A stretch of DNA of 62,444 nt, counting the filler, from Choristocarpus tenellus KU-1152 (lineage: Eukaryota; Protista; Phaeophyceae), in assembly GCA_964200185.2 (NCBI GenBank). It is 11 parts of 11 records of this genome, joined end to end, with 100 filler letters (N's around TTAATTAATTAA, not from the genome) between each part and the next. Parts side by side here need not be neighbours in the genome. Positions count along the whole stretch, not along the records: positions 23,896 to 40,361 come from CAXNAD020000825.1; 10 more parts are not named here. One strand, given 5' to 3'. Shown piece after piece: positions 24,382 through 38,900 of the stretch (positions are counted from its first letter, which is position 1; each line of letters begins with the position of its first letter). A model generated the notes under the pieces. That model worked only from the letters and a program-made list of their open reading frames with translations, searched no databases and was not told the origin of the DNA. Made by a program: the position numbers and the translations under genes.

Positions 24382-27300
24382 CTTCACAGCACTGGTAGGT
24401 TCAACTGAAACCCAGAACCTTGGATTCCACATCTCTTTTGTCCCTTTTCGAGGGGGCCACTCTCCCGACCATGACCTACCATCCCCTTCTCTTTTTCTTG
24501 TCTTTGTTCTTGACATAGCTCTCCCCCCCCCAAGACCTTCCATTGTGCATGCACCAGCCCGCTCTTCTGTATCTTTCTTCACAAATGGCGCTGGATCCAC
24601 TTTTTTTGTTCTTCTCTCCCGCCTGTGTAGTCTCTTGACGACCACTGGTCCTAGCCCAAGAGACAGAAGCAGCTCTGCAGCACTGTCGACTAGCTTCACC
24701 TTCTCTAAAGATCTATCTTCTCGCCTGCATTCATCTTCTTTGTCTATTTCTCTATGTCCTCTATTCACCCCGCCTTCTCCTAAACTTCCCAAAGATCCAG
24801 CCCCTGTCCTTGCTTCACACCCAACAGGATTCTCAGTCTGGACTTCCAGCCCTGCACCAGCACCTGCCATTACTCTCCATTTCAATTCTTCCTCTGCCAA
24901 GGGAGACTCTATCCCAGGGACTCTTTGTTCTCTATTGTTGCCTGAAGGAGGGCACTCTTCCTTCTTAAGTGGCATCGGGAACTGGTCACTTGAGGTAAAC
25001 CTGTCCGTTTTAATGCCCTTCAATGCTGTCACAGGGTACTGATCTACCTCTCCCCTCTTGCTCCGAACTCTCTGCTCTTGCAGTCCCTGATTCCCTTCTC
25101 TGGGACCCAATTTCCCCCCATCTGGTCTTCCCTTTGCCCCAGAAACGGCACCATTTTCTCCAATATGTTTTCCACCAGGCCTTCGGTCACTACCACTTCC
25201 CCTGCCCCTGCCTGTGGCTTTGCATCTCTCTTCATCCCTTAGCTTAACACCAACCCTACAGCATCTCCATGGCCGGTTGGCAATATTGAGGGCCCCACGC
25301 CAGGTCACATGATCCACAAATCCCCTTGCAAGAGTCAGGACTACATCCTCTGCCGAGATGTCAATTCTACCACTACTGCTTCCCTGGATTTCATATTCTC
25401 TCTTGCCAGGGTGTGTGTACTTTATCATGAGTGAAGGTCTGAGGTTCCATGGTAGGGTGAGGTTGAAGGGGTTAAAATATAGTAGTGAGCATCAACAATT
25501 TGTTGAGATCCACAAGAGGGATGGCAATGACAATAAGACAGCCTTTCGTGTGTTGTGGTGTTTACCTACATCTTGAATCGTAGCAACCCATTACATTTCT
25601 CCTAGTACACATTTACATGCACAGCTGTCTGTCCTATAGCCCTTGTGTAAATACTTCAATAGCTCAGGACCACTTCTTGGTCATTGGGTGATAATGGTGC
25701 TATATCTGAACATCGGATGGACTTTGTAGTTAAGTACAGATAATAAAGTGAATAAGGTTGATCCTTTATTGCCCCGGGCAAAAGCAATCCAACCATGGGA
25801 GCAAAACATTATCAATGCAGGTAACTCTTTTGGTAGGGAAGGTGGGGCGAGTGGGAGGGCCACCCATTCAAGCATATTTCCGATGAAAGTTGGCCGGTTG
25901 GAGGGGGATTGCTTTGAGATATCTGCTATCGGTATGTTTCGTGCTACCAATTCAATTCCTACACTCAGATTGGTGCGTATAGTGGATCAGCCCAGAGGAC
26001 ATAACACTATTAGCTGAGGTATAAAAAAAGTTCAGCTGCAAGGTCACCCCCCTAATGAACGCAGTATCAAGCAAATATATTCTGAACAAAGACTTCTCAG
26101 AAAGGTTTGTAACTGATAATGTTTGAGGTCGCTCACAGGGGAGGCATACTATGTGTGCTGGGATTAAAACTTTCTTGACTGGCTTCATGTGTTGGAGCAG
26201 CTAACATATATGAAAGGGGCATACTCTGCTTTTGTCTTTGAGAACAAGGGGCATGGATGTTCCTGTATTTGGAAAAGGGCTGCAAAACCCTGTGCTATAC
26301 TCTCAGTGGGAGTACAATTGTCCACCCATTCATCACAATGATTAATCAAAGTGATGAGGGTGGAGGGAGGGGCTCTTCCCTTCCATATGTCTCATTCAGT
26401 TTGCTGCTCATGAATCTTTTTCCAAAATTGTCTGATGCAAGTGAAAATTTAACACACATTATTTGTAAAAGTCCGGAGGCGGAGTTTTTATGTGAGGTTG
26501 GAAGGCGTTATATGTGTGTGTGCATGCAATGCTGAAATGTTTTGAGAAGGAAGGAAGACAGCAGGTTAAGTGAGGTTCGCAACAAGTACACCATAGTCTT
26601 ACTTCAGGGACATAGCTTATAGTAGAACTGCCCCACCCCCCCTTCTCCCTCCTTCTCTACCAGATCAAAAAAACAATTTACAGTAAGATTTTTTGAAGTA
26701 ATTACAGTCTCACAAGCGTGTTGTCTCAACCTATCGAGTTGGGGGGAGGGTGAAGTGTGCTAATGATGTGCTTGAGAGTGTCCATGACATAAGGTTTTCA
26801 CCTGGCTCCAAAAATAGGCATATCTTTCCCCACTATCCCCTGTGAAGACTTTCCAAGTCCCTTGCCAAGTGATAGACCACCTTGTTTGCCTCGACCATGG
26901 TCACCTCTACAGGAGGCACCAATTTCTCCAGAGGGGCTGGTATGCGTTAACCCTCCTTGCCTTTCAGACGTTTCTAAGCCGACCGATCCTGGATGGTGAA
27001 AATTCTTGGGAAGCCTGTGTAAGAAGTCCCTCGCTACATTTACTTGCTCCCCATCGATTCTGCCAAGTTGGAGCTATCCAAGGTCAGGAGGCTGAAGAGG
27101 GATAGGTAATGTTGTCTGTGAGCTTACTGTCCTCACTGTGTAGCCATTTGTTGGTGAGGGTGGGATGGTTTTTCTTACTTCATGCTGTGCTTGATTTTTG
27201 ATGTGTGCTCACCCTTGGTAATGTTTTCGTCATACTCAAAAGTCATTTGCACCGTTTTAATTTACCAAGGCTGATAAGAAGAACAAATAAGTGTGTGTGT

Positions 27301-28714
27301 TGACAACATGTGGGATTTGTGGTATGCACTATTTTATGCACTTAGGTTAACGGCTTAGCTGCAACTATCGCTTGTTCAATGTCTTAACCTGTTCTTGGTG
27401 TTTGACAGGATACAGTAATCCAGAAGATATAGCACATGTTGGAGTGTGTTGGGAGAAGGAGTAGGAAACTCAGGGGTCCACATGTGGTATTGGGGACCCA
27501 GTGGTACAAGCTACACGCAGCACCTAGCTTCTGCATAACTCAAAATGGAGCTATCAATTGTACCCACATAGTAGAGATTGTGCATATTGCCCTTTTCCAA
27601 TTGTTTGTGACTATACCAATCTGCGGGGACAGAAGCTCAGATAAATCCCAATGACCTCAATGAGTGCTTGGTGCCGGATTGAAACATTGTATGAATCATA
27701 CCCCAGGTCTTCCATTAGAATCTACACATCATACCAGGCAGCCTGCTATATCATACTTCATCAGTACCAACCAGAATTGTTTTTTTTTTCCTGCAGGAAG
27801 GGTGCTCCATCTGTTGATCATTACCTTTTCATTAAAGAAAGTTATCAAGATGGTTGCGAGGGCAATTGCATTTTGTTTGTACCCCTTTTATTCTTATCAC
27901 ACCCATTTGCCACCGAGGGGGGGTTAGGGAGCAATCCACGAGCAAACGACCTTTCTGGGGGTCTACTCACAGGGCATTTATCCTCCTAAGCTCTACGGAC
28001 ATATGTTTCCATGTCCTTGCCGTATGTTCATTCCTCCGTCGTCTCCTGTCATGATTGTTAGCCTCACTCAGTGGACTGTCCAGCAAGGATTCTTTCTCCA
28101 ACCTATCCGTAATAGGCTCTCGACATGACTGACCTTTCCCCTGCCGCTCCTGCTCCATCCCTTTTTTTTGCCTCACTGCACTCATGGACCCCCTTTGCAT
28201 GGAGATTGGCGTGGAAATGGCAACCGAAGGGGGGGGGTTCTTATCCCTGGAAACTTGCGTAGTCTGCCCCAACTTTTTGCTTTGGGAGGGTGTGTGCGAC
28301 AGGACGGGAGAGCTAGTTTTGACCCAAGTATTCTTCTCCGTGTACCTGATAGTGTGTTGAGAGGTGTACGGAAGTATATGCACACGTGGAAGGAAAACGA
28401 TCGAAATGTATCTTGCTCCGTCTGTTGAATTAAATTGATGCCTTTTGTGCCCCATACTGGTAGTGAGATGAGGCAATACAGACATGAGGTACATAAGGGT
28501 AAATCCATGCTTGTAAGTAAGATAATTCTTAGTTCTACCCTCTGTCTATTCACCTCGACTTTCTGAGCTTCATAACAATTCTGGCTTCTTCATGAAGTAC
28601 GGTTCTTGAGGGTTTCAAAGGAGAGAAGAGAGGCAGGAGACTCAGACCTCGACACTTGGAGGTCGTAGTCAACGTTTTCACCGCAGGGACGGGTGGGGAT
28701 GATTCTCCTACCAT
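24382..28714 (-). CDS. Putative multi-exon gene, unknown low-complexity/charged protein
   Basis: Candidate exons 28714-28554 and 28345-27971 (phase-compatible), 27073-26802, and an exon of about 1 kb inside ORF 25428-24370 ending at a GT donor (24381); model incomplete and no domain recognised. Confidence 0.45.
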
Positions 28715-31186
28715 CGGCCCGCGATTTTAGTAAGATGAGTGTATACATTGGTGGATGATGCGAGGACGAACGCCGTTTCATTGTCAAGATCATGTATTGT
28801 ACCAAAAAGAGCCAGTTAAAATACCATGTCATAATTTTTTGGGTCAAATTTACGTTTAGTCAAACAACACACAACTTTCTCATCACAACTCCATATTCTT
28901 GAAAGATTTCAGATTTGTAATAAATCAAATTAAATAAGAAATGTCACATTCTCATTCTTGCGCTCCATCGAGCATAACAGCATCATACGTGAGTGCAAGG
29001 GCCTCTAAACTTACTCGAGATGGTACAGTAGGAACAAGTCGATCATTGTCACTAGGAAAGGACATACCGTTTTATTGTTTGCATAGATAACCCCACATTG
29101 TTGTCCCATACACACACAACGAGCCCCAGCCGTCCCAAATATACGTACTTCTTTCCCCAAACGCTATATTGATGACTTTACTGAGGAACGACAAAACACC
29201 TCGCTCAATCACCTCGCACCCTACTTACGGGCTCCAACTCCGAAAAAAGCAAAACAACAGTGCACTCTACACAGTAGTAGCACTTGTTGACTGTTGCAGG
29301 ACTTAAAAAAAAGCACCATTTTCCCTTCATTTCACACACACATGTCATGCACATTCTGTTCTTATGTCGTTTTAATACTAGTATATTTTTTCAAATATAC
29401 CCATTACATTTAAAACATCATTGCGTTCGCGTTCTTTAGCACAAAAGACCACTACTTGTACAACGGAAAACACTGGGTGCCTCCCCCATGTGCATCCAAC
29501 TACTCCTCCCTGCAATATAGACCTCTGAAAAATGGACTAAACCTGATTTTTTTCTTGCACAGTGGAAAATGAAAATCCAACATGTTGATGTGTGCATTAA
29601 TTCACATGCTAAATACTCCAGAAATTATTGATGTGAGCCGCAACAGTATAATCGACTTCATTTCAATAGAGAATAACCGAGATCATACCTGAAAAGACAA
29701 ACTCGGTTGTATTTCAATCCGAAGACACACAGCCTAGTGCATCACCACAAGATGTCAATACTCACAACTGTTGTGCTTGTTTGCTGTGTTCTCTTACACC
29801 TTAACTCCTTCATTCACATTTCGTGAATGCTAATGCTACAACCAGATAGAATTAGAGTAATAGAAGAGGTGTTAAAGTAATAACGATGAATCCAGCTTCA
29901 CAGTCAACCAACCCCCCACCCACATTTCCTTCGCCCTTCAAGGAGATACGAGCAAAAATAACAATAGTCCATCCCAGATTTTATCACAGGAGATTTAAGC
30001 CTCTGGCGATTTCAGAAAGGGTACAGTAAAGAGCTGTAGGTCAATATTTCGTTCCTCCAGAGAGGTCCTATTCTAGCCAGGGAACCTGTATCTGTCTCTC
30101 AGGTGTCACAATGCACCATTTGGCAATCTGCATGTGCCCCCTCATATTCCAACAGTTCGATTGAGCCAACTGAAAATTTCCTAGCCAACTTAACTTTATC
30201 TGGGACTTCTTTGAGAACACAACACACTACCAGCTATACTTGAAAGTGTCGTGGAGAGCAATATGCAAGTAGGCCTGGTCATGCCTATCTTGATTGAGGT
30301 TTGAACATCAGTTTTGGAGTCACTTACACACAGGCACGGTTTATTTCCCCCCTTGCATGTCTCCACAAATATTTTCTGGTTCCCTCCATGTGGACAACAG
30401 ATCTTATCAGTAGCTCTACTGTTGCTTTCGGGGTCTTCATGCGACACATAGGCGTTGAAGAGTAGGAATTATATACACTCTTTGAATCTTGTGCACCACA
30501 CTTACCCCTTGCCTTTTTGTGAGGTTATTGTTGAATATGTGTGTACACCTAGATCCTTTTATCGTCAAACGAACATGAACGATGATAGATCTTATCCTTT
30601 CTGAAGTCATGTACATCCCATGTTTTTTACTACACCACTACAAAGGAAGCACCTTGGAGTCTGTACGTTTAAAGTTTGCCTGAGAGACTACTAGAAAGAA
30701 GGTTCCGTCTCTGCTATTGCAGTGCATCTTGAATAATTTTTCATGGGATAGTAACCTCTCAGTTCCAGAACATAAACACAGAAGAGAACCAGACACCCTC
30801 TCACAGAGCAGCACTTTTCAGATGGGTCATTGATCAGTGGAACACATTGAGGAATCACAGCAGGGTGGTATTATGTATATATATGATCTTTATACAATTG
30901 TTCTTGCCATATACATTGAGGGACACAGGGGAAGTCTCAGGAGGGTGAATTTGTCTGTGTGACATATGGTCTACATCCCATTATAATATGCTATAACACT
31001 ACATATCATAATGATACATAACATTAGGGTGAGCTACATTCAGCAAAGTGTCCCCTACCCATACACTTAGAAGGCAACAAACCTTCTGAATTTACATAAT
31101 CTCGCCAGCTGACTACCATTGCAACCAACTCTGTATCCTCAAATCAGTCCCTATCATCTGGCCCCTAAACCAGCACCTCTCACACC

Positions 31187-32852
31187 CTAGCCCCTGCCGG
31201 TTGCCAGTCCCTTGTAATCCCACCCCCAACGAGAGGCGTGGGCCTGTATCTCCTGCTGCTCTTGTTTTGAGACAATACGCTCAATGATCTCCCCTGTGCC
31301 ACGAACAACCCTCCATCTTCCTGTATCCTCGTCAAAGACCTGATCCATGCCAAGGCCGGGATGGTAGAGGAGATTAGTTTCTAAAAGCATGACAATCAAT
31401 ACTTACTTCCATCAATCAAAGCAATTCATAGTCTACTTTTAGCTACAAAATACATTGAGCCAATAGGATGTATGACAGCCTCCCCTACACCAACAAAATG
31501 TTGGCACGAGTAACCCCACTCTTGTTATTTTGTGTTTGTATTCGCATTTTGAAGGCATCACAGACAGTGAAACAACATTAATGCGACAAGAAAAAGGACA
31601 AGTTATCGCGTGAGTATTCTTGTTGATGTAGGGATGTCAGTTTTGTGAACAATTTCACACTACAAAAAGTCCACTGCTCCCCAAAAATCTCTCCAGCGGG
31701 CTCTGGATGTGTGTATATGTACAATTGTTACATGTTTAAATCCATTTGACTCAATATTCCACCCACGAAATGTCACTGTCCTAGCCCTATTGAAAAGAGT
31801 CATACCTGTGCACACCTGGAGATGTTGCAACTTGTCAAGAGTCCGAAGGATGGAAGTGCATACAACTTAAAGTATACTGTTTCACGTATCTCTATAGTGC
31901 ACTATATACTATACTTGAGCACATCCTAAGAATATCAGAGTACTGAAATAGAATGATAATTCCTTCATAAGATGTGTATAGGATGTGACCGTTGAAATGC
32001 CTGGATTGCCAATATCTCAAGCAGCGCAGTAAAATACAGCCAATCGAGTTGGAGACACAAGAGTGCAACAGTAAAGTGTGGAAGTAATTGGCAATCAGTA
32101 GTAGGGGTAATGACTCCCTTCCTTTCCTTCCCCTGTGGTAGGTAGATACGTGGGTCATATTTATCATCAATAGGTTTTCCACAATAAATCGGTCTGTTCA
32201 TGAGAGTCGAAGTGGGACACGATACCTGATGGCACTTTTCCCTCTACGCACTTCTGACACAAAAACATAGTCGCACTCTACCTACTGCTCCGAGCGGTTA
32301 GCATAGGGAGAGCTCAAGCAACAGTAGGTAACCGAGACAAGAGGTTAAATGAGGGACAACGAAATGGTGCAAGCCGAGTGATATAGAGTCAGCGATACTA
32401 AGGTCTCTCACCTGCCTCACCACACTCTGTTGCGCTTGGTACTCCTCTGGTCTCATAGGCACCATGGACCTAGCCTTTGCAGCCTTTCTTGCGGCCTCTG
32501 CAGGACTCAAATCAATCAAGGCTGGAGACCCGCCAAGGTCAAGATCAGCATTACCCTTCTTCCTCTCTGCAGCTGCATGCGACAAAACCCCAGTAACTTC
32601 AGTCTCTTCCAGTCTAGTTCGTTTCCTCGCTGGTGACGGTCGGTGCCCGCCCTCGTCGCAACGGTCCTCCAACTTCTCTCCTCTGTCTACATCTCTGCAC
32701 CTCTTCTTGCTTCTCCTCTTCTCCTTTTTTCTTTTCTTCTTTTTCTTTCGCTCTCCTTTTCCCTTCTCATCGCTTTCCCTCTTTTTTCGCTTCTTCCCAT
32801 GACTCTCTCGGTGTGCCTTGTACTCACGAGACACCACAATTTGTTTGTCCAT
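31187..32852 (-). CDS. ARL6IP4: ARL6IP4 / SR-25 family nuclear splicing-associated protein, complete, about 197 aa
   Basis: Exons 32852-32412 and 31339-31187; Lys-rich N-terminus, then MVPMRPEEYQAQQSVVRQ/VFDEDTGRWRVVRGTGEIIERIVSKQEQQEI, matching the SR-25 C-terminal motif. Confidence 0.9.
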
Positions 32853-32950
32853 GGTATCTTATATACAGATGGTGTGTTGCTGGATCATGGTATCTAGGGT
32901 TAGGGAAGAGTTTCCTCCTCAACGATGTCCAAACAAAGTAACCTATTGCA
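32853..32950. promoter_or_regulatory. Putative 98-bp bidirectional promoter between ARL6IP4 and POP1
   Basis: Divergent start codons at 32852 (-) and 32951 (+); contains tagggttaggg at 32895-32905. Confidence 0.65.
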
Positions 32951-35900
32951 ATGGTCAGCACTCCCAGGAATGCGCTGCTGCTGCCCCAGGTCGTGGACGC
33001 CGAGCAATTCGCCCAGGTACGCCTTGGTTTTGTCGTCATGCAAACGGTGGTTGGGGTGCGATTGGGAACTTTTGTAACCACGGTGTTTCGGGTCGCAAAG
33101 TCTGCGATATAGGTGGTGCCTGCTGCACTATGAAAACCCTGGCACAAGATGGCCTGGCATAGGGTTTTGACTAGCCACAACAGGATTTAAGCTGTTACTA
33201 ACGAGTGATCTTTCCCTGAGTGGTTATCTTTCATTCAAGCAAAGCAAACCACACCCCCAGATAGGACCACCACCTTTTATGTCCAAGGTTCCCGCTGACT
33301 GGGATTTGCCACCCTCCTCTGCCCCTGCTGCGTAATCTCTTACGCTGTCGGCAGGCCCGTTCCCATGATCTGGAGATCCTGGATGCCGCTATCAGCGCAG
33401 CGACGATATCTGGAAGTCAGGATCTTGCAAATGAAGGGCTTCGTGAGCAGGTCATAACTGCATGACCTTGTCACATCTAAAGCAGAGGCTGAGCCAGTCG
33501 CTACTTTCCCACCGTAACTCACGTCAACCATGTTATGAAAATTTCTCAAGATACATCCCCGCCTCTTTAATTCTCCATTCATCCTCACTCCTCTCTCCCT
33601 TGCTTTTCCAATGTCTCCTGTTGATCTGCTTTCACACAACCAACACCTTCCACGATCCCAGGCCAGAGGCCTACCGCGCCACCTCCGGCGTCGCACCACC
33701 TCCCACAAGTCCCGTCGCATGCCTGTGGCGTTGAGGAATCGCTCTGGTGGACGTGTTGGCTCGGGAAGGGATACGGTATCAGGGAAACACAACTCTAGAG
33801 GCCATGGCACTATTGGGGTAAGGGATGAGGACAAGAAACTTCCTCGGTGCCGTAAGTACCGGAGACGACCAAGGGCGTTGTTGACGGCTCGTAGCCCTCA
33901 CATAGAGGTGTCGGATGACTCTCGTTCAAGGTGACATATGTGCTCGCATGGCTACCTACTGGCAGGGACGCGGGAAGTGGGGGCATCGAGCAGGTTGATT
34001 TGTGATTCAATATAAACGCAGAACCCACGCCTATTTCGTCTGCCCATTTCTAGTTTCGTTTTATTTTTATAAACAGAGACTTGGGTTGTGTAAATTTGTG
34101 GTTGCCCAATGTTCAAGGATATCTAAGCTCCTTCTGAGAATCTACGGCCCGTTTAGGGTAGAATGCTACATAAGTATGGGCTCTGTGTGTACTCTATTCT
34201 TCCAGAGTGTGAACCATGGGTAGCCTGAGGTCTTGTCCATCCCTATCAACTCCTCACTGCCTCACCTGGGTGTGCTTTGCTTTGCTATTGTAGAGTTGAG
34301 CACCATACTATATAACCAAATCTTTTTCATGTGCCTTTGAGTATTGACAACTATTTTCAACTTCTGAATGGGGTTTCAGCAATATGTACGCATTACAGTT
34401 GCAGTCTTATAGGCACTGAGTAATGAATTTCATTCTGAGGTGTCTAGAGCATGCTACTTATCTAGAGCGTGCTACTGCCCTGGCACTTGTTTGGACCAGG
34501 ACTGGCATTGGATGGATATGTATGGTGTACGCCATCTCCTTCTGTCCTGTCCATAGCACAGTCCATGCCATTGCCCTCAGGAAAAGTAGAACAGGGGAAG
34601 TAGTATGTGTTTTGATCCCCGCCCATAAATTCCCCTCTTTCACAACGGGGAGCAGGTGGCTGGAAACGCATGTGTGGCATGCTAAGAGGATGCACATGAA
34701 GGACATGTACGGCTTCATGGTTCCAGTCAATAGTAATAGGTGTGGAGCTATGGGGGGAATGAGATGGTGGTCTCATAGACTGTTCTTTGCCCTCCTTGGT
34801 GTGGCACGTTTATTCTGGGCTTCAATTAACCTTAGTGGATGTTCGGTTGGAAGAAGGGGGGGAAGGGGGGGGAAGACAGGGGACTACTCTTCACTTTTAC
34901 CACTGTGTTGGTGGTGAAGGGTTCTACAACAGAGTACTTTGATCACTAAGTGAAATATTGTACCTGCCTTTAGTAAAGAGTGATTCCAAGGAAGTGTTTT
35001 GCTTCTTCTACATATCTTGCACCCTAGGTATTGCTGTTTTGTTATCAAAATTATTTTATTCTATCATCTGCGCTTGGTATCATTCAACAATGAATTAATT
35101 GTATGATACAGTACTTGCTGATGCCTGTCTAATGGTGGAGGGCTGGTGCTGCTCTCTCATCATGGGTGCAGTCTTTCTTTTTACTTTTTGTTTGGGGGGT
35201 AAAGTACTACTGTTTATGCTGTCGAAGTTCTTTTTCATGAAGTATGCAAGACACATATTCGACATTGCCATCCTTGGTGCGCACAAACTTCTTGTTTGGA
35301 CATCTTTGAACACGTTTGTCTTTTGCCTGCTGACCTCTTGAGAGGCAAGATCCAGTGCTTGTCCTATCACGCACAAGTAATTCTATTCTGTTTTTGTAAT
35401 TCTGAGTACACCTTGCTCTTTCTCCAGCTTTTAACCAAACTTCTTGTGCCAATCGAATATTTTCTCCTCTGTGTTTTGCAAAAAATATACACTGAATTTA
35501 GCCTTCTGAATTGTCTACTTTCTTACTTGACCCTGCTGTGCTCCTCATCATAGCACATACTGAGAAGCCTTGAACATGAACTGAGTTGCATTACAGCACT
35601 TCAACTCCATCATGGAATGTACCCCCCCACCCCCCCAGCAAGATACAGCTGACTCCTGCTGTGTTGCTGTACTCGTACTCATTATCCATCCACCCGTACA
35701 CCATTGTGGTCACGTCCACATACAACATGGGGTGTGTGATGATGAAGGGGTCCACGTGCTGCAAAGGAGGCTCTTTGCAAGCACTGCATTATCCAGGACT
35801 TGACGTTTGTAAGACCATTGGAATTGACAGGAGCTATTGGGCCCCTGTTGGGTGTGCTGAGCGTAGTCACTGACCCGTTGGACGAGCGCCCTCGCTCTGG

Positions 35901-38900
35901 CCTCTGCACAGGGGGCATGTTGGAAGCCAAGACACACCTCTATAGGTGAGGATTATGTGTTTGACTAGGATTGTGGATATCTTTAATGTTATGGATGTGA
36001 CTGGGACTGTGTATATGTTGAAGAGTTATTGTTATGTTTGGGCCTGGTTATAGGTGTATGGGTAGGACGTGGATCAGCAAAGGTGCTCATGATTGGAACA
36101 TGACCCAAGTGTTTTGACCCATGAGGGATGGTGGGTGGGCCTTCAATCCTCCCAACAGCTTCAGTGTTCATCGTGCCCTGAGGTCTGCCCTTGTGTGGTT
36201 GACTTTTGGTCCAGGACGAAATCACTATCTCTTAACTTCAGTGTGGCCTGGGCATTATGCCCTTTTCAATGGACCTTGCCCTGGGTCTGTTTTGTTTGTA
36301 GCTCTGGGCTGGTCTTAGGGTTCCCAGGATGCCCTTGGAATGTGTCAGCTCCATTGCCTTGGCCCTATGTCTATGTCTAATGTGTCATGAGGCAGACACG
36401 AATCTCCAGCCTCTGAGTCAGTCTTTGTGTGAAGGTTAGGATTGTCTATATTCTGGAGCAGCATACTGTGCATTACTGCAATCTACTGCATTTGGTTGCA
36501 CTCTAGTTGAAGCAGTGTTCTGCCTTAGGTATTGGGCGGTGGGGTAGAGAGCAGCAGAGAGAGGATATGTGTACGTTTCAAATTTTGGATTCAATTGGAA
36601 GTGCATTGTGGTTGTGTGTGCATTCATATGTACATTTTTTCTTCTATATACTACATTTTAGAATACTGTGGTGCATGCAAGTGTTCAGATGATCGAATCA
36701 TTGAATGTGTGTGTTATGTACTTGGCCATTCGTGTCTGTGTGACTCTGTTTTGTTAGCTTGCAGGTATTGGCCCCCCCCTTCCTCTTCCATATTGCTTCC
36801 TACGTCCAAGTTTATGTGAGCCTCACTAATTCAACCTTTTCTCACATGCCCAATGATACTCTCTGTAAATCTAGGGTCGGTCAATTCCCCCTGGGCTGCA
36901 TTGGCCCAGTTACTGTGCTCTGGAGTCCACCTGATACATCTCATGGACCTGGTGGCAGTGGCAGTGGCGGTGGCAGTGGCGGTGGCGGTGCTAATGATGG
37001 CAACGACCCCCAGGCCAACCACAGCATTGAGTGTACTGATGTAACTGCCAAAATTGATAGGAGACAATGGGTCGAGCAGGGTAGAAACAGTGCTAGAGAG
37101 TGTGGGGAGGGTGATGAAGGAGAGGACAAGCTATCAGCTGTGAGGGAACGGGAGGATGAAGTAGAGGAGGAGCGGGGGGTCAGAGAAGCAGAGCAAAGAC
37201 GTGTATGGGTGTGGGTTCACCCTGCTGCTTATACTGAATGCCTCGGTGAGATCAAGAAAGCATGCGTACTCCCTGGAGCCCCCTGGGTGGGGCATGTAAA
37301 GGTGTGTGTGTGTGTGTGTGTTTGTGTGTCGGGGGGGGGGTTTCCCTCACCTTCCAATCTCCCCTAATTACTGAGGGGGTGCACCCGATACTATTTTGGT
37401 TGTTTGTATAGCCCTAGATTTGTTATCGTTAGGGTATTATAGTGTGTTATGAAGAGAGGAGCGCTGGGGATGGCGTGTACTGGTGGTGGGGGGGAGTGGG
37501 AGTAAGACTGGGGAGCGCTGGAGGCCTTGAGATAGGGACCAAGGTGGGTATTTTTTGGAGTAGGGTGAGTATGAGAGGTAGATGCTAACTTTGGTCAATA
37601 CTTCGAACCGGTCTTCACAATGCAACGGAATGTTTTTCGTTTTTGGAAAGCAATATAATTCTATTGTACACAAGCATTTGTTTGATGCAAATGGTCTGCA
37701 TCTATTTTATTGTTGTTTTACGCAAAGCAGTACACTACTCCACATGTAGTGTAGATTTCATGGCTGCATATGTGGCGGAAGGCGTTTTACCATTGAAATG
37801 CAGGTGAGATGTCAGTATTCAGCAGGAGATGGGGTTTCGTCAACCTGCATAAAATCGTTGCACGAGCACCAGAGCTAAGACTTACTGCTAAAGGTTTTTC
37901 TCAGCTCAAGGCCTATTGCAAGTGAGAAATTGTTTTATGCAATTTTGCTGATCAAGATTTCGGCAGGGTTCTACACCGGGCTGAACCTCAGGCAGGACTT
38001 TAGAAATAGTTGATGGCCTGGTACGAGATCTTTGCTAAACACAAACAGCAAGACTGCAGCCCTTCGAACCAGACCTTTGACAAACCAAAGCAGCCCAGGA
38101 CTGAGCCTTTCATTAATATGATCAACTGGGCTGCAGTCAGGACTGGATCTTCCACAAGAACTTCAGCAGCCCGAGCAGGAGCAGACCAGGCCTTTCAGAA
38201 GCATTTTTATGTCGGGTTGGCTTTGTTAACACACTAGACTTCGTCCAGCTACCTGACTCAGTCCTGACTACTTTGAATGTTACATAGTGGGTACAGTTTT
38301 TTCAAGAACAATAGTCATGGTGCAGGCGGTGAACATGTTTTATTGATTTCCACAATGCATAAAAAATGTGAACCGGTCTGTTACATTCGGGTTGGACTGG
38401 GGTTTATACAGTCCACAGTCTGCACTGTATCGTTCACAAACCATAGTGACCCAAACCTTTTTCAAAACCTATAGTGACCACGCTGCAGTTCTGGACAGGA
38501 TCTTACACGATTGCCCAGGCTGATGCAGAGCCCTGGGTTTCAGTGACTGTAGTGACCATTAAATGTACCTGGATCTGGGGATGTAGGACATTTGAATGTG
38601 TGTTTTCTGGAGGAAGTGTGTTGAACTAAGAAGGGAATGGATGCTTTCAAGTCAAGTAAGAATGGCATTACTTGACTTGGTGATTGGCTGGGAGCGTGGT
38701 GGTGTATGTATTTTCAGTTACATTGCTATTCGCTGTCATATTAGTTGAGGATACATTTGTACCACCAACCAATGAACAAGCAATGTGTTTCATACCTTTA
38801 AAGCAATGTCTCTCATGTGAGTAATTTGGCCTCAAAGTTTGTGTGTGCGTGATGTGATGTGATGTGATGCAATAAGTGTCTGTTCCAAACTTCATGCTGT

